Below are positions 9,901 through 20,250 of a DNA stretch of 64,000 nucleotides, piece by piece; position 1 is the stretch's first letter, and every line of letters begins with the position of its first letter. Made by a program: the position numbers and the translations under genes. The stretch spans positions 1 to 64,000 of the forward strand of contig JAVJSW010000037.1 in NCBI GenBank assembly GCA_040219255.1. Reading direction: 5' to 3'. Below the pieces are notes generated by a model that saw nothing but the letters and a program-made list of their open reading frames with translations, was not told the DNA's origin and made no database searches. This stretch comes from Sumerlaeia bacterium. GTDB taxonomy: Bacteria; Sumerlaeota; Sumerlaeia; SLMS01; JAHLLQ01.

Positions 9901-10105
9901 GTGGTGGTTCGCTCCTCATAGTTCAACCGCGTAAATAAGCGCGCCGCCCCCGTGCCGCGCAAGTCATTTGACGGATCAAACCGCTTTCTCATCCCGAAAC
10001 GCTTTCCCGGCTACCGCCCTTGACGTCGAGGGCCCGGCGGTGCACAACCCCATATCGCGCTGGCGCCGCCGCGCCTTTTCCCCATCTTTTCCACGCAGCG
10101 AACTT

Positions 10106-11617
10106 ATGACGAACCCAGCCAACGCCTCCCAGCCCGTCCGCGTCCGCTTCGCGCCGTCGCCCACCGGATTCCTCCATGTGGGGGGGGCGCGCACTGCGCT
10201 TTTCAACTGGCTGTATGCCAAGAAAACCGGCGGAACCTTCATCCTGCGCATCGAAGACACCGACGAAGCCCGCAGCACGGACGCCTCCACGGACCAGATC
10301 CTCGAGTCCATGAAGTGGCTTGGCCTGGACTGGGACGAGGGCCCGTTCTTTCAGAGCCAGCGCTGGGACATTTACGAAGAGCATCTGAAAAAGCTCCACG
10401 AAGGTGGCTGGATTTACCCAGCTTTTGAAACGGCTGAAGAATTGGAAGCCATGCGCAAGGCCGCCATGGATGCCAAAGAGAACCCGATCTACAACCGCGC
10501 CGCGCTCAAACTCTCGCCCGAGGAAGTGCAGGCCAAGATCGCCGCCGGCGAGAGCTATGTCTGGCGTTTCAAGTGCCCGGCGGGTAAGATCACGGTGCCC
10601 GAAACCCTGATGACCGGCGGCAGCGCCGGAAACGTTGTGGACAGCGAGGAACTCGGGGATTTCGTCGTGACCCGCGCGACAACGGGCGGGGGCTTTGGCA
10701 AGCCCCTCTACAACCTCGTTTGTGCCGTGGATGACGCCCTGATGGGCATTACCAACGTGATCCGCGGGGTCGAACACCTCTCCAACGCGCCGCGTCAAAT
10801 GCTCTTGATGCAGGCCTGGGGTTACGACGTGCCCAGCTTCACTCACCTTCCGTTGATTATGAAGAACGGTAAGAAGATGAGCAAGCGCGATGGCGACGCG
10901 GATAAATTGTTCCCCGTCTCCGTCTCCGCCCGCCGCGACCTCGGTTACCTGCCCGAGGCAACCGTCAACTTCATCGCCCTGCTCGGCTGGAGCATGGACC
11001 GCGAGAACGACCTGCTCACGCGCGAGGATCTGATCGCGAACTTCTCGCTCGACGGCCTCAGTAAGGCCAACGCGAACTTCGACGAGGATAAGTACCTCTA
11101 TATCAACGGTTGGTATATTCGCAATATGCCGCAGGCGGAAATCGCCGAGCGCGTTAAGCCGTTCCTTGAAAAGGAAGGCCTCGTCGCGCCGGAGCGTGGT
11201 AACGCCTGGCTCGCCAACATCATCGAGCTGGAGCGCGAGCGTTGCAAGCTCCTCTCCGAATTCCCCGAAGCCCTGCGCTACTTCTTCATCGCGCCCGCCA
11301 CCTACGAGGAAAAGGGCGTGAAGAAGCTGTTCGAGAAGGACGGCGTGACCGAGTTGCTCGACCGCACGGCGGCAATTCTGGCGGAGACCCATCCTTTCGA
11401 CGCCGAGCACCTGGAAGGCGCGCTGCGCGCCGTGGCCGAGGAGAAGGGCGTGGGCTTTGGCAAAGTGGCCCAGCCGATTCGCCTGGCTGTGACCGGCCGC
11501 ATGGCCAGCCCGGGGCTTTTTGAAGTGCTGATCGCGCTGGGCAAGGACGAATGCCTGGCCCGCATCCGCACCGCCATCAGTCACATCCAATCCAGCGAGG
11601 GCGTTCCCGTTGCGTGA
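10106..11617 (+). CDS. gltX: Glutamate--tRNA ligase
   Basis: VRVRFAPSPTGFLHVGG (HIGH-type motif), LRIEDTD, KMSKR, C-terminal anticodon-binding domain (IRLAVTG...SPGLFE); likely start ATG 10106. Confidence 0.97.
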   Translation: MTNPANASQPVRVRFAPSPTGFLHVGGARTALFNWLYAKKTGGTFILRIEDTDEARSTDASTDQILESMKWLGLDWDEGPFFQSQRWDIYEEHLKKLHEGGWIYPAFETAEELEAMRKAAMDAKENPIYNRAALKLSPEEVQAKIAAGESYVWRFKCPAGKITVPETLMTGGSAGNVVDSEELGDFVVTRATTGGGFGKPLYNLVCAVDDALMGITNVIRGVEHLSNAPRQMLLMQAWGYDVPSFTHLPLIMKNGKKMSKRDGDADKLFPVSVSARRDLGYLPEATVNFIALLGWSMDRENDLLTREDLIANFSLDGLSKANANFDEDKYLYINGWYIRNMPQAEIAERVKPFLEKEGLVAPERGNAWLANIIELERERCKLLSEFPEALRYFFIAPATYEEKGVKKLFEKDGVTELLDRTAAILAETHPFDAEHLEGALRAVAEEKGVGFGKVAQPIRLAVTGRMASPGLFEVLIALGKDECLARIRTAISHIQSSEGVPVA

Positions 11618-12593
11618 TTTGCCGATTCTCCTTCTTCTACTCGGGCTCCTGGCCGCGCCGCTCGGCGCCTTCGCCCAGGACGACGCCCCCACGTCCGCGG
11701 TTATGACACGCGAGCTGTCGCCGCTGGCCGCGTCCTTCGACACCGACCGGGCTTGGGGATTCCTGGTCGAGCAGGTCGAAATGGGCCCCCGCGTGCCGGG
11801 CACCCCGGGCCACGACAAGATCCGCGTGATGATTGAGCGCGAGCTGACCGCCGCCGGTTTCTCGGTGGAAACGCACACGCCGGAGCCGGTGCGGCCGACG
11901 CTGCTGAACAAGGAAATCCCGGTCTACAACATCATCGGCCGCTGGAACACGGACCGCGCGGAGCGTCTTTTCTTCTCGGCCCATTACGACACGCGGCCGG
12001 TGAGCGATCAGGCGGACAAACCGCGCGACATCCTGACCCCGGTCCCGGGAGCCAACGACGGCGCCAGCGGTGTGGCGGTGCTGCTGGAAATGGCGCACGT
12101 GATCGCGAAACATCAGCCCGGGAATGTGGGCATATTCTTGGTCTTTCACGATGCGGAAGATCAAGGCGTGATGCCGCGCCAACGCACGACCCACCGCTTT
12201 CATGAGTACGCGCTGGGCTCCTCCGCGCTGGCGGAAGACTGGAAGGCCGAGGAGGTTTTCCAGGCGGGCGTGAATTTCGACATGGTGGCCGATGCGGACC
12301 TGAAGTTCTTTCCCGACCGCGAAAGCATCCGTTACGAGCCGGAACTGGTGGCGGAATTCTTCGGGATCGGCGAAGCCCTTTGGCCGGAGCATTTCAGCCA
12401 GGAAAAGGCGATCGGCATTATTGACGATCACTTGCCCTATTTGTATCGCGATCTGCCGGTTATCAACCTGATCGACTTCGACTTCAGTCCCTGGCATACC
12501 CCCGCCGACGACATCTCGGAGTGCTCTCCACGGAGTCTCTATATCTCTGGAACCACTGGACTTGAGCTAGTTTTCCAGAGGAACGAGCGCTAG
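11610..12593 (+). CDS. M28 family peptidase / glutaminyl-peptide cyclotransferase-like, exported
   Basis: GPRVPGT, SAHYDTRP, GANDGASGVAVLLE, DAEDQG, FDMV, DDH.P, WHT..D; overlaps the gltX stop. Confidence 0.88.
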   Translation: MRDLPILLLLLGLLAAPLGAFAQDDAPTSAVMTRELSPLAASFDTDRAWGFLVEQVEMGPRVPGTPGHDKIRVMIERELTAAGFSVETHTPEPVRPTLLNKEIPVYNIIGRWNTDRAERLFFSAHYDTRPVSDQADKPRDILTPVPGANDGASGVAVLLEMAHVIAKHQPGNVGIFLVFHDAEDQGVMPRQRTTHRFHEYALGSSALAEDWKAEEVFQAGVNFDMVADADLKFFPDRESIRYEPELVAEFFGIGEALWPEHFSQEKAIGIIDDHLPYLYRDLPVINLIDFDFSPWHTPADDISECSPRSLYISGTTGLELVFQRNER

Positions 12594-12675
12594 AAAAAAC
12601 GCCTTGCCGGTGCGGAATCCGCTCTGCTAACCCTCTCTTTACGCCAACGCTGCCCGAGGTCGCCCCACCACGCCC

Positions 12676-14244
12676 ATGGAATCACCCGTTTCTGTCCCCG
12701 TATCCGAGGAAGTCTGGCTTCGAACGCTCGACCTCCTGCGGGAGTCCGTTTCCGAGCGGGACTTCGAAGCCTGGCTGTCGCCCGTTCGCTACGTGGGATT
12801 CGAGGAGGAGACGCGCCATCTGACGCTTTCCGTGGCCAATGCGTTTTACAAGCGCTGGGTCGACCGGAAATTCCTCGATCCGATCCGCGCCGCGGTGCAG
12901 GACACCGTCGGCTATGCCGTGTCGGTGGAACTGCTGATCGTGAACGAGGACAGCGACTTCGACCGAGGCGGCCGCGACGGGGATCTGTTCATGGCGAAGC
13001 CGCAGCCGGAAACGCCGTTTCCGCGCAATGGCCACAGCCGCTCTCCGGAAGCCCAAGTCCAGCCGGTGCAGACATCCGCGCCGAGCCGCGCTCCCCAGGC
13101 CGAGTCCCTGCCCGCCTGGAACCCGGCGTCCGAGCAGCAGAAAACTCCCCAGCCTTTTCCCCACCATGGCGAGCAGCGGCCCGAATCCTACGCCGATCTG
13201 AGCGTCGAGGACCGGCCCCGCCTCAATCAGCGCTATACCTTCTCCGAATTCGTCGTCGGAGAGAGCAACCGCTACGCCCATGCCGCCGCGCAGAGCGTCG
13301 CCGACGCCCACAGCCAGGCCTTCAACCCCCTGTTCCTCTACGGCTCGTCGGGCCTGGGCAAAACCCACCTGATGCAGGCCATCGGCCATGCCATCTGGGA
13401 CAACGACCGCAGCAAGCGCGTGCTCTATGTCAGCAGCGAGCAGTTCACCAACAGCTTGGTGGAGAGCATTCTGAAGAAGCGCACCATCGACTTCCGCAAT
13501 GAATTCCGAAAAGTCGATCTGTTGCTCCTCGACGACGTGCAGTTCCTGATGGGCAAGGAGCAGACGCAGCAGGAGGTTTTCCATACCTTCAACGCGCTGT
13601 TCGACGCCGGCAAGAAAATCGTCCTGACCAGCGACCGCCCGCCCAAGGAACTCGCCACGCTCGAGGAGCGGCTGCGCTCGCGCTTCGAATGGGGCGTCAT
13701 CGCCGACATCCAGCCCCCGGACCTGGAAACGCGCATCGCGATCCTGCGGTCCAAGGCCCAGGCCATCCGCCTGCCCATCCCGAACGAAGCGCTGGCCTAC
13801 ATCGCCGAACGCATCAAGTCCAACATCCGCGAACTCGAAGGCGTCCTGAAACACATCCGGGTGCGCGCCGATCTGGACAAAACGGCCGTCACCATGGACA
13901 TGTGCCGCGAAGTCATCAGCCACCTCAACGTCGGCGGCCCGGCGGAAAAGGTCTCCGTCGAAGACATCCAGAAGGCCGTCTGCGACTATTTCGATGTCTC
14001 GCTGGACGATCTGCTCGGCGGGCGCCGGACCAAGAAACTGACCACGCCCCGGCACATCGCGCTCTACCTGTGCCGCGAACTGACCGACCTCTCCTTCCCC
14101 GACCTCGCCCAGCGCTTCGGCGGCCGCGATCACACCACGATCATCTACGGCTACCGCAAAATCAAGAAGTGCATCGCCGAAGACGAAAAGCTCGGCTCCA
14201 TCGTCGATCACCTGCAGAAGGTTTCGACGCGCGGGCGGGAGTGA
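12676..14244 (+). CDS. dnaA: Chromosomal replication initiator protein DnaA
   Basis: YTFSEFVVGESN, NPLFLYGSSGLGKTHL, LLDDVQF, RLRSRFEWG, NIRELEG, FGGRDHTTIIY. Confidence 0.98.
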   Translation: MESPVSVPVSEEVWLRTLDLLRESVSERDFEAWLSPVRYVGFEEETRHLTLSVANAFYKRWVDRKFLDPIRAAVQDTVGYAVSVELLIVNEDSDFDRGGRDGDLFMAKPQPETPFPRNGHSRSPEAQVQPVQTSAPSRAPQAESLPAWNPASEQQKTPQPFPHHGEQRPESYADLSVEDRPRLNQRYTFSEFVVGESNRYAHAAAQSVADAHSQAFNPLFLYGSSGLGKTHLMQAIGHAIWDNDRSKRVLYVSSEQFTNSLVESILKKRTIDFRNEFRKVDLLLLDDVQFLMGKEQTQQEVFHTFNALFDAGKKIVLTSDRPPKELATLEERLRSRFEWGVIADIQPPDLETRIAILRSKAQAIRLPIPNEALAYIAERIKSNIRELEGVLKHIRVRADLDKTAVTMDMCREVISHLNVGGPAEKVSVEDIQKAVCDYFDVSLDDLLGGRRTKKLTTPRHIALYLCRELTDLSFPDLAQRFGGRDHTTIIYGYRKIKKCIAEDEKLGSIVDHLQKVSTRGRE

Positions 14245-14267
14245 GGGTTTTCCAGGCCATCAAGAAA

Positions 14268-14450
14268 TCACCGCTGAGGCGCGGAGAGCGCTGAGATGTT
14301 TGGAGCTATTGAATTTAGCTATTGCCTTGGCATGGACTAGAGTTGAATCAAGAGACTGGGATTCGGTCGTCGGCTCTTCCACAATGTAACCAGCCGGCCC
14401 AGGGTTCTGACAATCTCTGTGCAAAGTCTGTCCTCCGTGCCCTCTGTGGT
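14268..14450. repeat. REP-like element with imperfect inverted ends (ACCGCTGAGGCGCGGAG ... CTCCGTGCCCTCTGTGGT) around an AT-richer core
   Basis: Ends resemble those at 26825/27038 and 29177/29465. Confidence 0.55.
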
Positions 14451-14603
14451 CTTGGCTCCTGAGGACCAATGTTTCCCCATCTCCCATCCCCCTTGTCCTT
14501 GAATTCCGACTCATCCGCTCCGCCTTGACACGAGGGCGTTCGGGGCTCAGCCTTTGGGGTAGCTACGGCCCCTCGCCTGAGGGGAACGAAAGGTCCCGCG
14601 CCG

Positions 14604-15734
14604 ATGATTCTCGGTCTCGTTGACAAATCCGAATCCCCCGACGCCGCCAAAGCGCGCCAGGAAGCCATCTTCCGGTCGCTCAAGGTGCTGACGATGTTCG
14701 TGACGAACACGTGCAACGCCAAGTGCGAGACGTGTTTTTACTGGATGCACCTGAACGATCCGGACGTGGGGAACCTGCAACTGCCGGATTTGGAGAAGCT
14801 CTCCAAGACCATGCCCCAGTTCCCGCACCTGCTGGTCAGCGGCGGCGAACCGGTGATGCGCAAGGACCTGGCCGAGGTGGTGGGCGTGTTCGCCCGCAAC
14901 AACGGGCTGGAAAGTCTGGACATGCCGACGAACGGGCTGCTGACCAAGAAGGTCGTCGAGACCATAGAGCAGGTTCTCGACGAGCATCCGCACCTGATGG
15001 TCACGGTGGGTCACAGCCTGGACGGTTTCAAGGAAACGCACGACCGGCTGCGGGGCGTGAAGGGCAATTTCGAGAAGCTGTTCCAGACGATGGAGGCGCT
15101 CTCGGAAATGCGCGCGCGGCGGGTGGAGAAGGCGAAGCTGGGTCAGGGACCGTACCCGAAGCTGCGGCTGCTGACGCTGACGTGCATCAATAACCAAAAC
15201 ATTCAGGAAATCGAAGAGCTGGCCGATTGGGTTTCGTCCACGAAAGACGTGGACGGCATGATGTTCGAGGCGCTGCGGGGCACGCCGAAGGACCCGGAGC
15301 TTCTGCCGCCGACGACCGAGCAGTTCGACCTGATGATTCGCAAGTCCATGGAAGTGAACGATCTGCTGATGCGGCGGCGGTTCCCCGAGCAGCGCACGGC
15401 GCGGCTGGCGTATATCCGCGGCGTGTACCGCATGCAGCGCGATCACATCACGAAGGGCAAGATTCCCTCGACGTGCCAAGCGGGGGTGAACCTGGCGGTG
15501 CTGGAGCCGGATGGCCGAGTGCGGCTGTGCGAGTTGCTAGACGAAGTGGGCGATCTGCGCCAGCACGATCTGGATTGGCGCAGCGTGTGGCTGTCGCCGA
15601 AGGCGGAGGCGCAGCGGCGCTGGATTCGCGATCAGCGCTGCTCCTGCACGCACTGCGTGAACCTGGGCCACAGCATCGACGCGTCGGCGAAGACGCGCTT
15701 GCAACGCAAAGTGGATCAGTGGGCGTTTTCCTGA
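14604..15734 (+). CDS. Radical SAM protein with SPASM/twitch domain
   Basis: CNAKCETC (CxxxCxxC), SGGEP, TNG, SLDG..ETHDRLRG, CQAG...PDGRVRLC, CSCTHC. Confidence 0.9.
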   Translation: MILGLVDKSESPDAAKARQEAIFRSLKVLTMFVTNTCNAKCETCFYWMHLNDPDVGNLQLPDLEKLSKTMPQFPHLLVSGGEPVMRKDLAEVVGVFARNNGLESLDMPTNGLLTKKVVETIEQVLDEHPHLMVTVGHSLDGFKETHDRLRGVKGNFEKLFQTMEALSEMRARRVEKAKLGQGPYPKLRLLTLTCINNQNIQEIEELADWVSSTKDVDGMMFEALRGTPKDPELLPPTTEQFDLMIRKSMEVNDLLMRRRFPEQRTARLAYIRGVYRMQRDHITKGKIPSTCQAGVNLAVLEPDGRVRLCELLDEVGDLRQHDLDWRSVWLSPKAEAQRRWIRDQRCSCTHCVNLGHSIDASAKTRLQRKVDQWAFS

Positions 15735-15900
15735 GCGGCGGCTGGGGTTCACCCCAAAGGTGCGAGGGCACGGGGGGAAGTTTTTTTGCCGCGGATGGCG
15801 CGGATGGGCACAGATGCTGAGCGGTCATCGGGCGCGACGAGTTCGCCAACGGCCGCTTACGCCGCAGCCAGAAAGACGTGATCCATAACGCGGTCCGGCA

Positions 15901-16656
15901 TCAGGCCAGCAGCGTCTTGGCCTGGCGGATGACGTCCATGAAGTCGGCGGGGGCGAAGGGCTTGGGCAGGAGAAGACAGCGCGGTTCCGCGTCCGCGAAT
16001 TCGCGGTAGTCATTGAGGGAGAAGCCGCTCATCAGAACCACGACCGAGTTGCGGTGCTTGGCGAGCCAGTCCGCCGTGAACGCGCGGGTGGCGATGCCGA
16101 CGATGGAAACGTCGAGCAGGATGATTTCCGGGACGGGGGCGCTTTCCAAGCGCGACAGGGCCTCCGCGCCATCGAAATGATGGGCTGTTTCGAACCCTCC
16201 GGTTCGCCGCAGAAGGCGGTCGACGTAGCGGCAGAGGGACTCCTCGTCTTCGATGATGCAGACGCGGAGGGGGCGGTAGGAGGATTCGTCCTCGGCGACG
16301 ATGACGTGAGCGGTGGCGGGCCATTTATGGCGGTCCGCGAGTTCCAGGTGGATGGAACTCCGAAGGACCGATGCGCTGGCCAGACCGGCGCTGTAGGCCT
16401 GCGCCAGATCGCCGGCGTCCGCGTCGTCCCAATCGCGGGAGGATCGGAGGATGGGCATGGCGAGGAAACCGAGAATCACGGTGGCGCGATCGGCCTGCGC
16501 CGCCAGCGCTCTCGGCGGCTGGCCGGAAAGAAGTGGGCCCGGCGCGGCGGCCCAGGCGGCTACCGAGTCGTGTTCGATCTGGCGAAGCAGCGTGTCGTTC
16601 ATCATGTCGTCATCCAAAGGTGTTGCAATGTTTTTCCGGGAAGCGGTGGAGAGCAC
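15901..16656 (-). CDS. Response regulator receiver-domain protein with an uncharacterised N-terminal region
   Basis: IIEDE, ILLDV, LMSG, PKPF receiver motifs in the C-terminal half; start uncertain (16656 or 16605). Confidence 0.75.
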   Translation of the reverse strand: MLSTASRKNIATPLDDDMMNDTLLRQIEHDSVAAWAAAPGPLLSGQPPRALAAQADRATVILGFLAMPILRSSRDWDDADAGDLAQAYSAGLASASVLRSSIHLELADRHKWPATAHVIVAEDESSYRPLRVCIIEDEESLCRYVDRLLRRTGGFETAHHFDGAEALSRLESAPVPEIILLDVSIVGIATRAFTADWLAKHRNSVVVLMSGFSLNDYREFADAEPRCLLLPKPFAPADFMDVIRQAKTLLA

Positions 16657-17074
16657 CGTTTCGCGAAGGGAGAGTATCGCTCCGGGGGCGCTGGAGTGTC
16701 TACTTGCACCAAAATCGGAAAAATAGGGAGACTTTCCGATAGGAGTTAGCGCTTTACTAAAGTGAGCGATTTCAGGTTTCGGCGCCTGAAGGTGGCAGGG
16801 CTCATCGAGGCATGTGCGGACGAAGTGAACTTCCTGCGGTTTGGGTCACTTCGCGGAGCTTTGAAATTTCCTATCAAAGATCGTTTTGCGAGAAACTTCC
16901 TCAATATAATCCTTGGTGACGGCGCTTGGGCTGTCTCCATCGGCGAGCCGATGTTCCGCGGCGACGGCGCCACGCCCGTCCCGTTTTCCTGTCACTGGCC
17001 GCTCCGCACTTGCCCTCGCGGCGCCAGCGGAGGCTTTCTCGTCGCCAGCCGAGACCGAACGGAGCCCCGATCCT

Positions 17075-18553
17075 GTGAAAAAAGCCGTAACTTTCCTGAC
17101 CCATGACATCTGGCGCATCCGCATGAGCGAGCAGCCGTTCAAGCGCCGGCTCTTGCTGCGGCCGCTGCGCATGCTGATTATGGCGGGCAAGGAATTCGGA
17201 ACGGACAAGTGCGCGCTGCACGCTTCGGCGCTGACGTTCTACACGCTGCTGTCGATCGTGCCGGTGCTGGCGTTGGCCTTCGGCGTGGCCAAGGGCTTCG
17301 GGCTGCACGAAACACTTGAGAGCAAGGTGCGTGACGTCGCCAGCGGCAAGAACCTCGTCGAAGTCGATATGGCGCTGGCGGGGGCGGAAGCGCCCACCAC
17401 GCCGGTCCTGACCGTGGCGGCGGGCGACTCGCTTGCTTCGCCGGCCATGGCGGGGGAGGGGGAGGCCACCCTTGGAGACCTGAGTCAGGGCCAGGCGGAG
17501 GTTGTCGACCAACTGATCAACTTCGCCTCCAACATGCTCGACAACGCCAAAGGCGGGGTCGTGGCCGGTCTCGGCGTGTTCATTCTGCTTTGGACGGTCA
17601 TCAAGCTGCTCGGCCACATCGAGGGGTCCTTCAACACGATCTGGCACGTGCACACGGGGCGGAGCTGGGTGCGGAAATTCAGCGACTATCTTTCGGTGAT
17701 GCTGGTTTCGCCGGTGCTGTTCCTGACTTCGACGAGTATCACCGCCTTCATCGCGAGCCAATTTCTGGCGGCGCTGGACCAGAGCACCTGGCTGGCGTTT
17801 CTCAGCGGCCCGGCGCGGGCGCTGCTGATCGCGGTGCCGTCGCTGCTCTATGGGCTCATGTTCGCGTTCGTCTACCTTTTCATTCCGAACACAAAGGTCA
17901 AGCCGCTGTCGGCGATTTTCGGCGGCCTTTGCGCGGGCGTTCTGTACCAACTGACGCAGTTCGCCTTCGTCAAATTCCAGGTCGGCATCTCGGGCGCCAA
18001 CGCCATCTATGGCACCTTCGCGGCGCTGCCGTTGTTCCTCACGTGGCTGAACCTGAGCTGGATGATCGTGCTGCTGGGGGCGGAATTGGCTTACGCGCAC
18101 CAATTCTCCGATCTCGAGGAAATCGAGGAGGCATCACGCCCCATCAGCCAGCGGGCCAAGCGCCTCGCCGCGCTATGTCTGGTGCGGGAATGCGTCGAGG
18201 ACTTCGCCGCCGGCCAGCCCGCCTCCAGCGCCGAGGACCTCTGCGCCCGAGTCGGCATGCCTATCGGCGTCACCAGTGACATTCTGTCCGAACTGGTCGA
18301 TTGCGGGCTTTTGTCGGAAGTGCTGCGCAAGGGCCAGGTCGAGGGCTATCAACCCGGAACGGACATCGGGAACCTGCGCGTGGCGGACGTCGTGCTGAAA
18401 CTCGACGCCCACGGCCGAGAGGATTTCCAGATGGCCGAGACGGAAGAGCGCAAGCAGCTCGAGGAGATCATGGCGACCTTCCGCGAGAGCCTGGAGAAGT
18501 CGGAGAAGAACAAAGTCCTCAAGGACGGGCTGCGGGAACCGGGCGTGGCGTAG
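17075..18553 (+). CDS. YihY/virulence factor BrkB family membrane protein with C-terminal winged-helix extension
   Basis: ASALTFYTLLSIVP, IEGSFNTIW, IYGTFAALPLFLTWLNLSW.IVLLGAE; likely GTG start 17075. Confidence 0.9.
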   Translation: MKKAVTFLTHDIWRIRMSEQPFKRRLLLRPLRMLIMAGKEFGTDKCALHASALTFYTLLSIVPVLALAFGVAKGFGLHETLESKVRDVASGKNLVEVDMALAGAEAPTTPVLTVAAGDSLASPAMAGEGEATLGDLSQGQAEVVDQLINFASNMLDNAKGGVVAGLGVFILLWTVIKLLGHIEGSFNTIWHVHTGRSWVRKFSDYLSVMLVSPVLFLTSTSITAFIASQFLAALDQSTWLAFLSGPARALLIAVPSLLYGLMFAFVYLFIPNTKVKPLSAIFGGLCAGVLYQLTQFAFVKFQVGISGANAIYGTFAALPLFLTWLNLSWMIVLLGAELAYAHQFSDLEEIEEASRPISQRAKRLAALCLVRECVEDFAAGQPASSAEDLCARVGMPIGVTSDILSELVDCGLLSEVLRKGQVEGYQPGTDIGNLRVADVVLKLDAHGREDFQMAETEERKQLEEIMATFRESLEKSEKNKVLKDGLREPGVA

Positions 18554-18792
18554 AGAGGAGGGGGAGCGCGGGAGCCCGTGGGGATTCTCGCGCGGCGTGG
18601 GTGGGTGGTGGCGCGAAAGAAAGTTTCTTGGAACAGCGGCGTTTTTTTTCTTGTCTTGGTGCCGTGGGGTCCGCATTCCTCGCCCTTGAATGCGCGACCG
18701 ATGCCGGTCAGGCGCAGTCGAAAATCCCAATTCTCGCTCCCGTTCCCGCTGCAGACGCGAATCCACCCGATCCCGTAGGAGGCCCTTCCCAA

Positions 18793-19566
18793 ATGTTTCG
18801 CTGCACCCCCTCTCACACCCCGTCTCACATCGCTGTTGTGACCCTCGTCCTCGCCCTCGGCGTCGGCCTTTTGGCCGGCTGCTCCGGCAAGCCCGAAAAC
18901 TCTCCTGTCATCCGCCGTAAGTTCAAAGAATTCGACGTCGTGAAGGAAGAATCGAAAGCCGCCGAGCAGCAAATCGCTCAGATGTCGGTGGAGATTTCGA
19001 TTCTCAAAGACCAGGTCGAAAACCTTCGCGCCCTCGTTCCCGACGCCCAGGGCAAAGTTTCCGCCGTCAGCCGCATCGAAAAGATCGAAGCCCGCCTCGC
19101 TGGCGTGGAGAATGACGCGGTGCGCTCCATCACCAGTACCTCGGCCCGCAACGCCGCCCCGGCCCCTGCGGAAGAGACCGTGCAAACCAGCACCCGCAAT
19201 CCGCTGATCGACTCGCCGAAGACCGTGGAAGTCCCCGCCGTGCGTCGTGAGCGTGGCCTCGCCCGTCCCGAAAAGGCGGAAGAAAAGGAGAGCGCCCCCG
19301 CTCCCGCGACGCGCACCGCCCCCAGCGAGTCTTCCAAACCTTCGCAGACCGTTGCCCAGGCTTCGATCCGCACCTCCGCCGCCCCGGCCGCTCCGAAGAA
19401 GGCCGCCTCCCGGGGTTCTTACTACGAACTCAAACCGGGCGACACGCTCGAGTCGATCGCCAAGGCCAACGGCCTGACGGTGGACGCGATCAAGAAGGAA
19501 AATCGTCTGCCGAGCGGCGCCCGCCTCCTGGCCGGTCAGCGCCTCTACCTGCCCCCGCGGAATTGA
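18793..19566 (+). CDS. LysM-domain lipoprotein with coiled coil
   Basis: AGGAGG RBS then ATG 18793; lipobox LLAG-C; C-terminal YELKPGDTLESIAKANG...LLAGQRLYLP. Confidence 0.85.
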   Translation: MFRCTPSHTPSHIAVVTLVLALGVGLLAGCSGKPENSPVIRRKFKEFDVVKEESKAAEQQIAQMSVEISILKDQVENLRALVPDAQGKVSAVSRIEKIEARLAGVENDAVRSITSTSARNAAPAPAEETVQTSTRNPLIDSPKTVEVPAVRRERGLARPEKAEEKESAPAPATRTAPSESSKPSQTVAQASIRTSAAPAAPKKAASRGSYYELKPGDTLESIAKANGLTVDAIKKENRLPSGARLLAGQRLYLPPRN

Positions 19567-19586
19567 TCCGAAAGGCGGTGATTCTC

Positions 19587-19823
19587 ATGCACAACACAGC
19601 CCTCGCCCCTCCCGCCGTGTCCCTCGCCACCCCCCGAACCTCTCGACGAAAAGGCCGCGATCCCATGCTCGCTCAATACCCGACCCTCTTCTCCGACATC
19701 AAGACCTCGTTCTCCGTAGCTTGGTCCTTCGCCGCCTGGCATGTCGGGGCCCGGTTGCCGGTCGAGTGGCGCTGGAACGCTTCGGCCCACTTCGAATGCG
19801 AGGAAGAGCCCGAACCGGCCTGA
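19587..19823 (+). CDS. Small hypothetical protein (78 aa)
   Basis: AAAGGCGGTG RBS-like sequence before ATG 19587; lies between the LysM gene and a strong terminator. Confidence 0.5.
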   Translation: MHNTALAPPAVSLATPRTSRRKGRDPMLAQYPTLFSDIKTSFSVAWSFAAWHVGARLPVEWRWNASAHFECEEEPEPA

Positions 19824-19859
19824 CCGCGCCAGCCCTTCCGAAAAACGTTCGTCTGTGCA

Positions 19860-19894
19860 AAGAACCCCCGCCGGTCGATCCGGCGGGGGTTCTT
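19860..19894. terminator. Intrinsic terminator
   Basis: Perfect 15-bp stem AAGAACCCCCGCCGG-tcgat-CCGGCGGGGGTTCTT. Confidence 0.8.
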
Positions 19895-20250
19895 CGATTC
19901 CAGACGCCTCACGGGCGGGCCGATTTCCTGGCACCGGGCTTGTTTTCCAATCTGTTAGAATTTGGTTTGAATCTTGCTTTTCAATAGAAGGTTTGCGTTC
20001 GCTGCGGCTTTTCGTCACCCGGGATACCCGGTGGCTTTCGAACCTCGGATCAGAGGTTTCTCTCTCCCATCCCCTCCAACGTGCGCCAAGGCATGATGGG
20101 GAGATGGCCGGAGTGAGTCCCGAACGGTCTCCTTTATCGCGGGGGCCGTGACGGCCAATCCCGAATGCCAACCGATTGCCAGCCAGCCCCGCGTCCCGAT
20201 GGACCGGCGGGTGGCCGCGGGTCTTGAATTGTCGAGAAAGGAGCACGCTC

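Noticed and set aside
14370-14430. DnaA-box cluster / oriC downstream of dnaA
   Set aside because: Only one or two weak matches (two or more mismatches) are present, inside a REP-like element, which is not enough to call an origin.
14520-14603. Riboswitch upstream of the radical SAM gene
   Set aside because: Small hairpins and a TTGACA are present, but I could not match the conserved core of any SAM, cobalamin or c-di-GMP riboswitch.
16660-16910. ORFs (16762-17106, 16746-16973) or ncRNA in the AT-richer gap before yihY
   Set aside because: No motifs and atypical codon usage; the gap is more simply a divergent promoter region (TATAAT near 16905).
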